This document shows positions 1 to 9,783 of a stretch of 64,000 nt of DNA, piece after piece. A program made the translations under genes and the position numbers. The notes under the pieces are model-generated. The model had not been told where the DNA came from. It worked only from the letters and a program-made list of their open reading frames with translations, and made no database searches. The first letter of the stretch is position 1. Every line of letters starts with the position of its first letter. The stretch comes from an uncultured virus (IMG/VR IMGVR_UViG_3300045006_000529) (lineage: Duplodnaviria > Heunggongvirae > Uroviricota > Caudoviricetes), in the IMG/VR virus record IMGVR_UViG_3300045006_000529; one strand, written 5' to 3'.

Positions 1-53
1 ATCTGGGAAGACCTCCGAACCCTACCCGGTATCTCACCGCAGGAGAAGAACCA

Positions 54-512
54 ATGAGTATCATGGTTTTACCAAAGGTAAACCACCGTCAGGGAGAGTG
101 TCTTAAGCGCTCCCCCACCCCTACGTCTATTACTTGTGCAGGCGGCACGTGGGACCTCCAGTACCGGTATCTCTCTGTCCCGTCTGGTGGGGGAAGAAGG
201 CCCTTCTTGACCACCTGCCTTGTTTTCGAGAAGGGGACCAGAAACCTAGTAGCCCGGGGACATGCCGTCTGCTCCTTTGCAGACCAGTTCACTTATCATG
301 ACTACATGCTATACAGCGGTAAAGAGCCAAAGGGCCCTCTCTTTCGAGGAGGGGCCTCTATAGCTAGGGACAGGGCCATGCGAGCCCTTGAGCGCGGTGC
401 TAACTGCTTTCCTGTCAAAGGGCAACACATATCAGTTCTGGATAAAGTTCGCAAGACATTCGGGATCGTTGTTGACCTCAAATGGCTTGGGGAATTTTGT
501 TCCCAGGGCTGA
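54..512 (+). CDS. hypothetical phage protein
   Basis: 152-aa ORF; GGAG RBS; ATGA overlap with an ORF truncated by the window start. Confidence 0.6.
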   Translation: MSIMVLPKVNHRQGECLKRSPTPTSITCAGGTWDLQYRYLSVPSGGGRRPFLTTCLVFEKGTRNLVARGHAVCSFADQFTYHDYMLYSGKEPKGPLFRGGASIARDRAMRALERGANCFPVKGQHISVLDKVRKTFGIVVDLKWLGEFCSQG

Positions 513-619
513 TAGTAGAAAAAGAACCCCACAAGAGGCCCAAAGGGCATGTCGAGTGGGGAGTAGATCGTGGCTGAATTGTAGTATAGCCTTCTGCTCC
601 TGTCAAGGGGAAAAGCGAG

Positions 620-1078
620 ATGATTCATCCTCTTCTTCTCAAGGCCTGCCAGGCCCATATAGAAGACAGGGGTATAATATGGAAGGCTGTCCCAGGTTCG
701 GAGAAAGACGAAGTACTTAAGTCCTTCCCACTACTCGCTTCTCCCGCAGCGAAGCGCTTAGCCCTATATCCTCCTCTGATTCTCATCACAGGTACGTATG
801 GCAGAAGATCTGTGGCAGAAGAGATGATTGCTGTCCATCCTGCTTTTCCCGCTTATTCACCGCCCCCTATACCTCTACCTGAGGGGAAGCTTTGGGTAAT
901 GCTGTTGGACACGTCGCGGGTGGTAATTGTACGCAGTTTGCCAAGCCTACAGGCCACAGCCGCCATTACGGGTTCTATTCCGGAATGTTATGGCTATACC
1001 CGGTCCCTCAGCGCCGGGGAACTCCACCTGGTCTCAGGGTTAGTGGCATCCGGGGTTTGGGACCTACTACAACTTTAG
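620..1078 (+). CDS. hypothetical protein with class-2 C-terminal tail (LVASGVWDLLQL*)
   Basis: Tail matches the G-[IV]-h-x-x-L-x-L* register of the 52.3-54.2 kb cluster. Confidence 0.6.
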   Translation: MIHPLLLKACQAHIEDRGIIWKAVPGSEKDEVLKSFPLLASPAAKRLALYPPLILITGTYGRRSVAEEMIAVHPAFPAYSPPPIPLPEGKLWVMLLDTSRVVIVRSLPSLQATAAITGSIPECYGYTRSLSAGELHLVSGLVASGVWDLLQL

Positions 1079-1092
1079 AAGGAATTTGTCCG

Positions 1093-2031
1093 ATGGACTC
1101 AGCACTAATCAACCCTTATAACCTCATTCTCAGGGCAGGTGGTACACCAGCAAGAGACTCCGACTCCGTTCAGGAGGTGATTGAAAAGGCTGGGCTGGAC
1201 TGGGATATATCTATTTCCCCAGTGGCCTACCTGAAGGAAGGAAACTGGGCTGTTCTGCCTGGGAGTCGGGCTATTATTCGGGGGGACACTGATGCCCCCC
1301 TAGGCCTGGTTGGCTCCCGCTACAGGCCCCTTAGCAACATGGAGGCCTTTCAGTTTCTCAACGACTTCATCCAGGATGGAACGATCCTCCTAAGAGGTGC
1401 CGGGTCTCTTAAGGGAGGGGTCAACGTCTGGCTGGTTGCTTCCCTTCCAAACCATGGGATTGTGGGAACCGATATAGTAGCCAACTGCCTTCTCTTCTGG
1501 AACTCCTTTGATGGGAAGTCCCGCCTGTCCATCCAGCTTGCACCCATCGACCCCAAGACAGGATGTTTATACACCACCCTTCCAGGAGACGTCCCCACGG
1601 TTCGCCGGATAACCCACTCGTCCAATATACTTGTGGGTCTTACCCAGGCACGTCAGGCACTTCAGGTAGCTAACCTGCGGATTCAAACGTTGGAGGAAGA
1701 GGTGTACAAACCACTTACCTCTACCTCCGCCACAGATGCAGATGTAGAGCAAGTCCTTTGCACAGCTCTTCCTGGCTCTGGTAAGGAGGTACTGTCCCAG
1801 AGGATGAAGAATGTACATCGGGTCATTGCTGAGATGATGGCAAGCAGCAGTAAAGGTCCTACTCCTTCCCTATGGGATCTATATAAAGCCGTCTGTCAGT
1901 ATGTAGACATCTCCCGTGGGGGGAAGGTCGATAAGCGCCTTGTTTCGGCCTGGCTGGGCCAGGGATATCAGATCAAGCAAGCGGCGCTGGCAACGGCTGT
2001 CTCTCTGGCCTCCACGAAGGAGGGCGAATGA
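1093..2031 (+). CDS. DUF932/DUF945-family phage/plasmid protein
   Basis: AGLDW..., LGLVGSRYRPLSNMEAF, GSLKGG..VW, LLFWNSFDG and ITHS motifs; start moved to ATG 1093 behind AAGGA. Confidence 0.8.
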   Translation: MDSALINPYNLILRAGGTPARDSDSVQEVIEKAGLDWDISISPVAYLKEGNWAVLPGSRAIIRGDTDAPLGLVGSRYRPLSNMEAFQFLNDFIQDGTILLRGAGSLKGGVNVWLVASLPNHGIVGTDIVANCLLFWNSFDGKSRLSIQLAPIDPKTGCLYTTLPGDVPTVRRITHSSNILVGLTQARQALQVANLRIQTLEEEVYKPLTSTSATDADVEQVLCTALPGSGKEVLSQRMKNVHRVIAEMMASSSKGPTPSLWDLYKAVCQYVDISRGGKVDKRLVSAWLGQGYQIKQAALATAVSLASTKEGE

Positions 2032-2657
2032 GGACAGCATTGCCTGACCTGCCTACCTTCACAAGGGTTAACAAGCTCTTCAAGATCCTGCTTCGGATAG
2101 GACCGAAGCACCGGAGTGCTTCCCCTCAGGATGTTATAGCTATAGGAATCACAGCAGACCCGGGCTCCAAGCCGGAAGAACAGATGTACGTCCTAGTTCC
2201 TCTCGGTAAGCCCCCTACATGTGGGGATAAGACCCGGCATGGCTTCCTGGATCTTATGAAGCACCAAGGGTTGGCTACCAATGTTCCTATATCATCCGTC
2301 TTTCCCCTACTGCCCCCATCAGAGGAGCTGACTGCCAAGCTAGCCTTCTCCCGGGAGCTTCTGGATATGGGCTACACTACCCTAGCATTTAATACTCCTG
2401 TACGCCCCACGGAGGCGCTTCAACTTCTCTCAGAGTTGTGTCCAGACAGCTGTTCAGGTTCGTTATACACTCTTCTTAGTGAAGATGCAGGTGTCGAACC
2501 GTCCTGGGCACTTGTGTTATCTGCTCTTGAGGAGCACAACTCCTGTCACAAGCTACCTGTTCTACGTGCGTTCAGACAACGTCTAGCAGGCACGGTTGAC
2601 AGAGTTAAGGCTAGACTAGCGGTTAGACGCTATCTCTCCAGAAAGGAGGAGAAGTGA
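2028..2657 (+). CDS. hypothetical protein
   Basis: 209-aa ORF coupled to both neighbours by 4-nt overlaps. Confidence 0.6.
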   Translation: MRTALPDLPTFTRVNKLFKILLRIGPKHRSASPQDVIAIGITADPGSKPEEQMYVLVPLGKPPTCGDKTRHGFLDLMKHQGLATNVPISSVFPLLPPSEELTAKLAFSRELLDMGYTTLAFNTPVRPTEALQLLSELCPDSCSGSLYTLLSEDAGVEPSWALVLSALEEHNSCHKLPVLRAFRQRLAGTVDRVKARLAVRRYLSRKEEK

Positions 2658-3447
2658 GTAAGCTTGTCTCCGTTGTTGACCTCCTGGTGGAGGTCGGAGC
2701 GTTCCCAAATCAGGAAGAAGCTGCCATAGCTATTTCCAAACACCAAGTTAGGCTACATGTAGCAGATAATGCTACAGGCGAAGTCCTAGGTTTGGACCGT
2801 GCTGCCAATAATCCTTATGATTTTAAGGTACTCGGTGGACAAAGGTATACATTCTTTGTCAAGAAGGGCAGCGTTTGGGAGAAGACTGCTACTGTTAAGC
2901 CATAGGAGCGCACTATGACCAAGGATAAAGGGGAAGCAAGACTTGACACTTTGCTAGATGTTATTAACGACGTCCTCCGGTCGGGAGGAGACGTCACGCT
3001 TACCGTCTATCACTTACATAGTGCAGACAAGCACAAATTATCGGACTATCTGAAGCGTAAAGCGGGAAAACGGGGATACCCCCCACAGGTTACCAAGGAA
3101 CTAGCGGATGGGTTTCTCGATGAAATTAGAGAGCCTTTGAGAGAGACAGGGCTACTTGGCACCCTTAGATTCCTCGGGCCTGACGGAACTACTGTAACCA
3201 AGGGAATATCAGTTTCCCTACCACCTGAGAGGAGTGTTCGATGAAGGTCACTAATGTGTATACTCTGACAAACAAGGGAGGACGAGGAACATTTGTTACT
3301 CACGGAGAAGTCCTGGAGATCGTGCGGCGCCGCCTCCGCGAAGGATGGACGTCGAAGGCTATTCGGGAGGCCTTTCCGTTTCTCCCCGGACAGTCAATTG
3401 CTGCCGTCAAGGCTCATCTTACGATGAAGTCGCAGGAGAACAGATGA
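2654..3447 (+). CDS. three small coupled hypothetical ORFs (2654-2905, 2915-3244, 3241-3447)
   Basis: Each has a GGAG-type RBS; two overlap the previous stop. Confidence 0.55.
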
Positions 3448-3809
3448 GACAGATCGACCATGCTGTATTCACTGCCATTGAGGTGAGGACTACATCTCCC
3501 CAGAGCAAAGCACTCGCCTATGGTAGTGTATGCATCAAGGACTGTGTGTGGGTTAAGTTCTTCCTGATGAAGAACTCAAAGGACGGAACACCCTTCCTTT
3601 CTCTTCCGTCCTCGAAGCGCCCCAAGAGAGACAAGCCAGGAGAGTTCGTTAACGAACCCATGGTCTGGTTCCCCTCTCCTACGCTCTTGCCTGATGGGGC
3701 TGACCTGAAGAAGCAGCTCCTTGACTTAGTTCTCAGCGAACTAAGCCGCAAGGATACTGACGACACGAGCTTCCCCCCTCCTGGGGATGACCAAGCTCTG
3801 TACGATTAG
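3444..3809 (+). CDS. SpoVG-like nucleic-acid-binding protein with acidic tail
   Basis: TAIEVR...ALAYGSVCI...KNSKDGTPFLSLPS resembles the SpoVG pattern; AGGAG RBS before ATG 3444. Confidence 0.65.
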   Translation: MRQIDHAVFTAIEVRTTSPQSKALAYGSVCIKDCVWVKFFLMKNSKDGTPFLSLPSSKRPKRDKPGEFVNEPMVWFPSPTLLPDGADLKKQLLDLVLSELSRKDTDDTSFPPPGDDQALYD

Positions 3810-4897
3810 AGGAGGTCTGGTGGATACGTTGCCAAATGAAGACCAGGTGTCCGTGGTGGATACGGGCCTTGACGTCCTTATCCAGGAGCAGTTGGGCCCG
3901 ACCAGGTCCCTAGCAGCTGTATACCGCTCGAAGGACCCGACAGGAAAAGGAGATGCTTTTTGTATCCACGTAACCGACATACAGGAGGTAGTCTCAGCTA
4001 CTGGGTTGTGGTTAGGGCCCACTGAAGGGGACGTAGCACTACAAGAGCAGCCGTGGCACTTCTTTTCCGTGGAAGCCTGCCAACTCTTGGGGAACCCTAT
4101 AGGCCAGATACAGAAGTTCTTGCTTCTTATCGTTGCCGAATCGGTCCAAGTGTACGCATCGCCCGCCTGGGCGGCGATCATGTCCCTCCTGGTAGAGGCC
4201 GAAAAACCCGATCCCTCTGTCGCCTTGGAGGTGTGGGAGGAGGAGTGGCGAAAAGAGCTCGGCACAGCATGCCGCGACCTATACCTGGGAGGGATTTGAT
4301 GCTCTCCATAAGGAGAAAGCTGAGCCACGAAGATGCTCTCAGAAAGGCTATGAGGCCCATAAGCAGGTACATACAACAGGTTGATTCGGAAGTTCCTGTT
4401 GTGGTCCTGCTGGCAGAGTTGCTGAAACAGGTAGCTCTTGACATGGGCTGTCCAAGCATGGATACAGCAAGTATGATCCGGAGGTATAACTCCGGGGAGT
4501 CTGTCTCTGTCCCAGAGGCCCTTGCTGTAGCAGCTATGGAACTGCATAGGCTTTCTCAAATAGCAACTCAGATTCCTGACCTACCCCAGTGAGATTCCTA
4601 TTCTGCCATAGGTGCAACAGGGTCTTGTATGAGAAGACACTCCCACATAACAATAGGAAAAGAGTATGCGGGGTGCTTCTCTTCTCATGTCCGACCTGCA
4701 GAGAGACGCTCCTTCCTTTGAAGGAGCTCCAGGCAGTACACGTTCCACATGCCTGGAAGGTCGCTACGAGGGCTCAAGTCAAGGCGCTCCGACGCCTCTT
4801 TCCCCAAGAGATAAGGAAGCTGGAGGAAGAGGCAGATCTGGTTAGAAACAGGGTACTACGCCGAAAACTCCTTCAGAGATATCGGCAACTTCAGTAA
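3787..4897 (+). CDS. three hypothetical ORFs (3787-4299, ~4299-4592, 4589-4897; the last has two CxxC pairs)
   Basis: ORF track; consecutive overlaps. Confidence 0.5.
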
Positions 4898-4907
4898 GGA
4901 GAACAAT

Positions 4908-5366
4908 ATGAGTTACGAAGTGTATCGTAAGAGGTCCGGGACACTATCTCTTTCCACGATCAAGCCAAAGATGGACGACAAAGGGTTTCCCGAGAAGGAC
5001 GGTGCCATCCTCGTTCAGATGGTCCCTCACGATGGAGAAGGAAACAGAAAGTGGTCAGAGAGGCTATCCTTTGCCCTTTCCCCAGATGAGATATTTGCTC
5101 TGGGGCATAGTTACAAGAAAGGGTTAATAGGAGCAGACAAACCTCTTTCGTTCCTACACGACCAGGGGAAGAGGGCCGATTCCTCAACTGAGACCCCTGC
5201 TCAAGACATCAAGACCCTGCGTGTCCAGAAGGACAAGGAGGGGACTGGGTTCTGGATTAATCTCCAGAGGGGCGAAGAGAAACTGGGAATCCACCTCAGT
5301 GACATGGACCTGGCAAACATCATTGACCTGATGATGCATGTCCGGCCCTCACTGGTCTCTCTATGA
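4908..5366 (+). CDS. Whirly-like ssDNA-binding protein (putative)
   Basis: YEVY..., W.ER.SFALS..EI, FLHD.GK, K.L.V...GTGFWINL follow the order of Whirly-domain motifs; AAGGAG RBS. Confidence 0.6.
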   Translation: MSYEVYRKRSGTLSLSTIKPKMDDKGFPEKDGAILVQMVPHDGEGNRKWSERLSFALSPDEIFALGHSYKKGLIGADKPLSFLHDQGKRADSSTETPAQDIKTLRVQKDKEGTGFWINLQRGEEKLGIHLSDMDLANIIDLMMHVRPSLVSL

Positions 5367-5893
5367 CCGATCTCACTTCTACAAAAGACAGGGTGGCTGT
5401 AGCCGCCCTGTCTTTCGATGACATCAGAGAGATGGTCAAAGACTCTCTCCGGATCGATGGGAAGACCATGGCGGAATGGTTTCAATATTACCACATCCGC
5501 CTCTCAGCCGACATGAGTCCCCCTGACGTGAAAGCAGCAGCTGCGGCCTGTGTCAAGCATCTGGCCCATGCCTACCAGGTTTTCTCGTCTTTGGAGGGAA
5601 CGCTTACCCTGGTATCCTCCCAGGCAGGGGAGGAGGAAGGTAAGAGGATTAAGGACCTAGTAGGAGATCTCAAGGAGCGCAAGCGGGCTCTTCCTTCTTC
5701 GTCCAACCTCCTCAAGGCTATCGTCGGAGCGGACATCCCTTCGGGGGAAAGAGACCTTGTTCTCTATGCCACACTAGCTAGGCAGCAGTGGAAGATCATC
5801 TTAGACGTTCTCCATGCAACCCAAAAGGCTATCGAGGCTATTGGCATCCAGACCAACGCCGAGATGAGAATAGGGGCCGTACAGAGGAGATGA
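5363..5893 (+). CDS. helical/coiled-coil hypothetical protein
   Basis: 176-aa ORF, ATGA-coupled. Confidence 0.55.
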   Translation: MTDLTSTKDRVAVAALSFDDIREMVKDSLRIDGKTMAEWFQYYHIRLSADMSPPDVKAAAAACVKHLAHAYQVFSSLEGTLTLVSSQAGEEEGKRIKDLVGDLKERKRALPSSSNLLKAIVGADIPSGERDLVLYATLARQQWKIILDVLHATQKAIEAIGIQTNAEMRIGAVQRR

Positions 5894-5926
5894 GGTCTTG
5901 CTGGAGGAATGTAGGGTAGAGGTCTG

Positions 5927-6391
5927 ATGACCTACTACACCTTTATGTGGGTGCCCGATGTTGAGGGGTCTGACACTCTCCTTCCGCTAACGCTGGCGGA
6001 GCTTCCCGGCTTGAGCGGTCGTGAGCGCCACGTTCACGCCTTCCAGTCAAGTCTGCCAGCCCTGGTAGTAGCTGCCACCAGTCGCACCGCCTCTCCCTAT
6101 GAGAGATACCACCTCAGTGGGTTAGGATATTTTTTCCCCTCACATTATTCCAATGTCTACGCCAGGTGGTACCCACATCCTACATTTATCGCCTGGGGAC
6201 AGTGGGCGGCTCGGAAGGATCCCTGGAGATGGATGGTGCTTGACAAGGGTATCAAGGTAGTGCGCACCCCTTTTCTGCTCAGCGCGCGAGTAAGCTCACC
6301 AAGGGACTTCCTCAGAAGCTTTCGCAGAGTAGGTGACATCCAGGGAATGGTTAACGCCGTGGAGGACTTTTGCAAAGTGTGCTTGCTCTGA
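5927..6391 (+). CDS. hypothetical protein, paralog of 6410-6871
   Basis: Shares YY..M..P..EG.D, TF..WG and RVS.P.DF.R.FR...G....[VI]ED with the next ORF. Confidence 0.65.
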   Translation: MTYYTFMWVPDVEGSDTLLPLTLAELPGLSGRERHVHAFQSSLPALVVAATSRTASPYERYHLSGLGYFFPSHYSNVYARWYPHPTFIAWGQWAARKDPWRWMVLDKGIKVVRTPFLLSARVSSPRDFLRSFRRVGDIQGMVNAVEDFCKVCLL

Positions 6392-6409
6392 AGCAGCTGA
6401 GATGGAAAG

Positions 6410-6871
6410 ATGGGTAGACAAAAGTTGTACTACGTCACCATGCTGTTCCCAAAGGAGGGTGAAGATTTTGTAGAAGTCCCTGGTATGACGCTGACATTTG
6501 AGAATGATAAGAGCAATGTACTTTACCCCTATTACATTTTCTCTACCTCTGGGGGGACACCTACGCCAGTAGTCGTAGTGCTAGGAAAAATACCTCCTCG
6601 CCAGCAAACGGTAGTAGAAGGGGTGGCCTACCTTAACCCCCGCGACAATACATTCTGTATGTGGGGGTACTCCCTTACCATTTGGCGTAGATTCAGGGGG
6701 AAATTCACATGCTCTAAGGTCTCAGTCAGCCGTAAGAGCTATGGTATTTATAGTCATAGGGAGCGTGTCAGGGTTAGCCAGCCCGAAGACTTCTCCCGGG
6801 TCTTCAGAGAGACACCCCTCAAAGGGGCAGCATCCTTCATTGAGGACATGTCTATTGCTCTGAAGATATAG
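6410..6871 (+). CDS. hypothetical protein, paralog of 5927-6391
   Basis: Same shared motifs; ends ...SIALKI*. Confidence 0.65.
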   Translation: MGRQKLYYVTMLFPKEGEDFVEVPGMTLTFENDKSNVLYPYYIFSTSGGTPTPVVVVLGKIPPRQQTVVEGVAYLNPRDNTFCMWGYSLTIWRRFRGKFTCSKVSVSRKSYGIYSHRERVRVSQPEDFSRVFRETPLKGAASFIEDMSIALKI

Positions 6872-6880
6872 TCAGCTATT

Positions 6881-8632
6881 CTAGAGGGCGCACTTGCCGT
6901 CCTTGCAGGCATTGTTCTCAGCGCCCGTTTCAAGTTTGCCCTCCCTAATCTTCTTGACTAGTCCCGGCGTCAGCTTAATTGCAGTCAGCGGCTGGCCCTC
7001 TTTGGTAGAATCCTGATACCAGGTTACACCCTTGAGAGAGGGGAGAACCTCCATCAAATCCTCTTTGAATGCCTCGGACTTGTAGCCAGCAGGCAGATTT
7101 ATCGTCTTGGCGATTGAATTGTCTATCCAGTGCTGCATCGCAGCTTGGACTTCCAGATGATCGCGGGGTGAAATCTCAGTTGCCCCTTTTACAGCATCCA
7201 CGTTCCCCCCGTTAACCACCAGCTCTTTGAAAACCGGATCTACTACGAGAGAAGAAGCTGTCTCTTCCCTGTCAGTGTAATACCTCCTCTCAAAAACCGG
7301 AGCATAAATAGGCTCAATTCCAGAAGAAGTATCGGCAATAATTGCTGTAGTACCTGTTGGAGCAATAGTATTAACCGCGACATTTCTAATACCTACCTCC
7401 CTCAGCCTTTTTCTCAGATAACCAGGAAGTTTCCTGATGTTGTCATTGGCCAGATATCTGTCTCGGTCGAATGCCGGAAACGCCCCGCGTTCTTCTGCTA
7501 GAGAGATACTAGTCTCGTAAGAGGCGTCTCTGAAAATGCGTCCTATCTCGTCTATTACCTTGATGCACTTTTCATTTCCCCCGTACTCAATTCCCAATCT
7601 CATGATGAGGTGATGGAAACCCATGAGGCCAAGGCCGATGCGTCTCCCATACTCCGCTACCTCCCGATTGGCCTCTGTGGGGAACCAGGAAACCGATACT
7701 GCATCGTCAAGCAGGCGAACTCCTGTCTGGATGGCTTTCTCCAGCCTCTCACGGTCCAGGACTACTCTATCTCCCCACATCTTCCACATGTTGCCGAGGT
7801 TGACAGAGGCCAGCATGCAACATCCCTTATTCTCCAATAAGATCTCCGAGCAGGGATTTGTTGATACAAAAGGCGCGTAATACTCTGAGTTATTCCCGCG
7901 TCTTATCATATCCTCATTCAATAACCCGGGGTCGCCACAGGCTAAACCATTGGAGATTATTTTGTCCCACAATTCCGTTGGGTCTGCCTCGCCGTAGGTT
8001 TTTCCCCGGAATTGCAGGGGAAATGGCCTCTTTTCTCTCAGGCACTCCAAAAAGGAGTTGTTGACAAGAATAGAGATATTCATATTAGAGAGGAGCTTTT
8101 GGGAAAGCTTGGCGTCAATGAACCTAAAGATATCCGGGTGGCTGACCGACAGCACTCCAATGAAGGCAGCCCTGCGGGACCCACCGGCTTTTATGACATC
8201 ACCTATGGTATCGACAATCCTTGCAAAGGATATTGGCCCTGAGGCCTCACCTCCGATGCTTCTGATTGGATCCCCCAGGGGCCGCAGCTTGGAGAAGTTT
8301 ATTCCTACCCCTCCCCCGGTCGAGGAGATTATCATTATGTCTTGGAACAGCTTCCCCAGCGATTCTCTGCTATCTTCCACGTCTAGGGCGAAGCAATTTC
8401 CCAGCTGTCCTTTGTTGCGACCCGATCCGTAGATGACTCTTCCTCCAGGAATGAGGTCCATGGCGGACATAGCTCCTGTGACCTCCTTTTGAAAGGAGGC
8501 CCTTTTCTCGACCGGCTCTGCCTGAGACAGGTGTTTAGCAACCCTCTCAGCAGCTTGTGTCCATGTTTCGTTTTCGTGCTGTGCGTACCTGAGTCTAAAT
8601 GTAGTTTCGGCAAACGTAGTCAGGTTACTCAA
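6881..8632 (-). CDS. nrdJ: class II (adenosylcobalamin-dependent) ribonucleotide reductase
   Basis: PGGR, GNCF, GGGVG, GGSRRAA, TNPCSE, RRIGLG, TIAPTGT and C-terminal CxxxxC; no class-I YY pair and no nrdB in the window; likely TTG start at 8632 behind AAGGAG. Confidence 0.85.
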   Translation of the reverse strand: MSNLTTFAETTFRLRYAQHENETWTQAAERVAKHLSQAEPVEKRASFQKEVTGAMSAMDLIPGGRVIYGSGRNKGQLGNCFALDVEDSRESLGKLFQDIMIISSTGGGVGINFSKLRPLGDPIRSIGGEASGPISFARIVDTIGDVIKAGGSRRAAFIGVLSVSHPDIFRFIDAKLSQKLLSNMNISILVNNSFLECLREKRPFPLQFRGKTYGEADPTELWDKIISNGLACGDPGLLNEDMIRRGNNSEYYAPFVSTNPCSEILLENKGCCMLASVNLGNMWKMWGDRVVLDRERLEKAIQTGVRLLDDAVSVSWFPTEANREVAEYGRRIGLGLMGFHHLIMRLGIEYGGNEKCIKVIDEIGRIFRDASYETSISLAEERGAFPAFDRDRYLANDNIRKLPGYLRKRLREVGIRNVAVNTIAPTGTTAIIADTSSGIEPIYAPVFERRYYTDREETASSLVVDPVFKELVVNGGNVDAVKGATEISPRDHLEVQAAMQHWIDNSIAKTINLPAGYKSEAFKEDLMEVLPSLKGVTWYQDSTKEGQPLTAIKLTPGLVKKIREGKLETGAENNACKDGKCAL

Positions 8633-8650
8633 TCCTATCTCCTTCGCGGA

Positions 8651-8681
8651 AGAAAAAAGCGACAGGCCAGGTAGGCCTGTC
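8651..8681 (-). terminator. terminator-like hairpin in the nrdJ leader
   Basis: Perfect 8-bp stem GACAGGCC-N5-GGCCTGTC (8661-8681), followed on the - strand by GC and a run of six T. Confidence 0.55.
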
Positions 8682-8698
8682 TCCCATGAGCATACTAT

Positions 8699-8727
8699 AT
8701 TATAGGCACTGCAATGACGGAAAGCAA
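8699..8727 (-). promoter_or_regulatory. sigma70-type promoter for nrdJ
   Basis: On the - strand, TTGCTT (8727-8722), a 17-nt spacer, then TATAAT (8704-8699). Confidence 0.65.
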
Positions 8728-9205
8728 GTGGTATACTTGGTTTAGCGCAGGCCTGGTGCCAGTGATTGACGCCTCTACCCCCAGAAATCGGGAGGAGTAC
8801 CCCTTCCCCACACACAACTTGATAAAGCACCCGGAGGAAGGCAAAGCGCCACTTACTACCGTTGTATGCTTTTACCTTGGATATCTCCCACAGTGCTGCA
8901 GTTACTTCTTTCTCTTTTACTTCGATAGTTTTCCCTTTCACATAGTATGCCGGAGTGACAGCAGCCTGCCGGAATGCTCAGGTGTCTTCTATACTTCCGT
9001 TGACCTGCCCTCCCTGCTTTTTGAAGGGAGGGCCTCATATGAGGAGACAGAGGACATCCTACCCTACTCTCAGGGCAACGGGGACTTCCCTGTGACTACA
9101 CCCATGCGTAGGTGGCCCCCACCTAAGAGGTATCTGATCTCCATGATTCATTCCCTGGTGTCTCCTAACATACTACGAAGCCTGATGCAGGCGGCTAAAC
9201 TATGA
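8714..9205 (+). CDS. hypothetical protein with degenerate class-1 tail (IHSLVSPNILRSLMQAAKL*)
   Basis: Size and terminal register match the class-1 family; ATGA-coupled to the next ORF; start uncertain. Confidence 0.5.
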   Translation: MTESKWYTWFSAGLVPVIDASTPRNREEYPFPTHNLIKHPEEGKAPLTTVVCFYLGYLPQCCSYFFLFYFDSFPFHIVCRSDSSLPECSGVFYTSVDLPSLLFEGRASYEETEDILPYSQGNGDFPVTTPMRRWPPPKRYLISMIHSLVSPNILRSLMQAAKL

Positions 9206-9771
9206 GGCAGCTTGACTGTCTGACCCCCTTCTGTCTCTGTCTGGAGACAGAGACTATGGCAGTGGTTGACCTGAGCAGAGAGAAAAAACTCTCCTCTTTG
9301 GTACGGTCTGGCGAGATGTCTCCTCTTTTACAGGAGCAGAGCATCACACGTAAACCCACAGACACGGCGTTTTATCTGGGGTACATAGAATGGTGTGCAA
9401 GCCACATCTTCCTTACCTCCCTTTTCACCCCCCACCCTTCCTATTCATTCCGCTTTCTCCCCTCATCCCCCGAAGAGATAGGAATTTTGAGGGTATGCTG
9501 TGATTCAGGTGGCAAAGTCGAGTGGTGGGAGTGGCACTTCATGCAGACAGGCTATTTTCTCGATGCGAAAGGGGTCGGTCCCCGGGATATGAGGATGCTA
9601 AGGCGTTGCATGAAGGAGGACCCGTCTCTACGTCTAACTTACATAGGCAGCTGGCTTCCCCACATGTGGGGAAGATACAAATCTCCGACGCAGAGTTGTT
9701 CGCTGTCCCTCGCCCGTTCCCTGGTTCCGGTGCAAGAGCTTGAGGGTGTCATTGCTACACTTCGCTTGTAG
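9202..9771 (+). CDS. hypothetical protein with degenerate class-1 tail (ARSLVPVQELEGVIATLRL*)
   Basis: 189-aa ORF; terminal amphipathic helix ending in L. Confidence 0.55.
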   Translation: MRQLDCLTPFCLCLETETMAVVDLSREKKLSSLVRSGEMSPLLQEQSITRKPTDTAFYLGYIEWCASHIFLTSLFTPHPSYSFRFLPSSPEEIGILRVCCDSGGKVEWWEWHFMQTGYFLDAKGVGPRDMRMLRRCMKEDPSLRLTYIGSWLPHMWGRYKSPTQSCSLSLARSLVPVQELEGVIATLRL

Positions 9772-9783
9772 GAGAAGACAAAG

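Noticed and set aside
3741..4559. Long antisense ORFs (also 25170-25796, 27931-28542, 50994-51737, 62105-62890)
   Set aside because: They lie opposite better-supported coupled genes and show no recognisable motifs; treated as shadow ORFs.
8691..8706. NrdR box (CATACTATATTATAGG) over the nrdJ -10 element
   Set aside because: Only the left half resembles the consensus, there is no second tandem box, and the AT-richness is explained by the -10 hexamer.
8633..8941. N-terminal ~100 aa extension of the RNR in the ORF track
   Set aside because: It does not resemble an ATP-cone. It spans a promoter, a hairpin and a divergent ORF, and a good RBS with TTG start exists at 8632.
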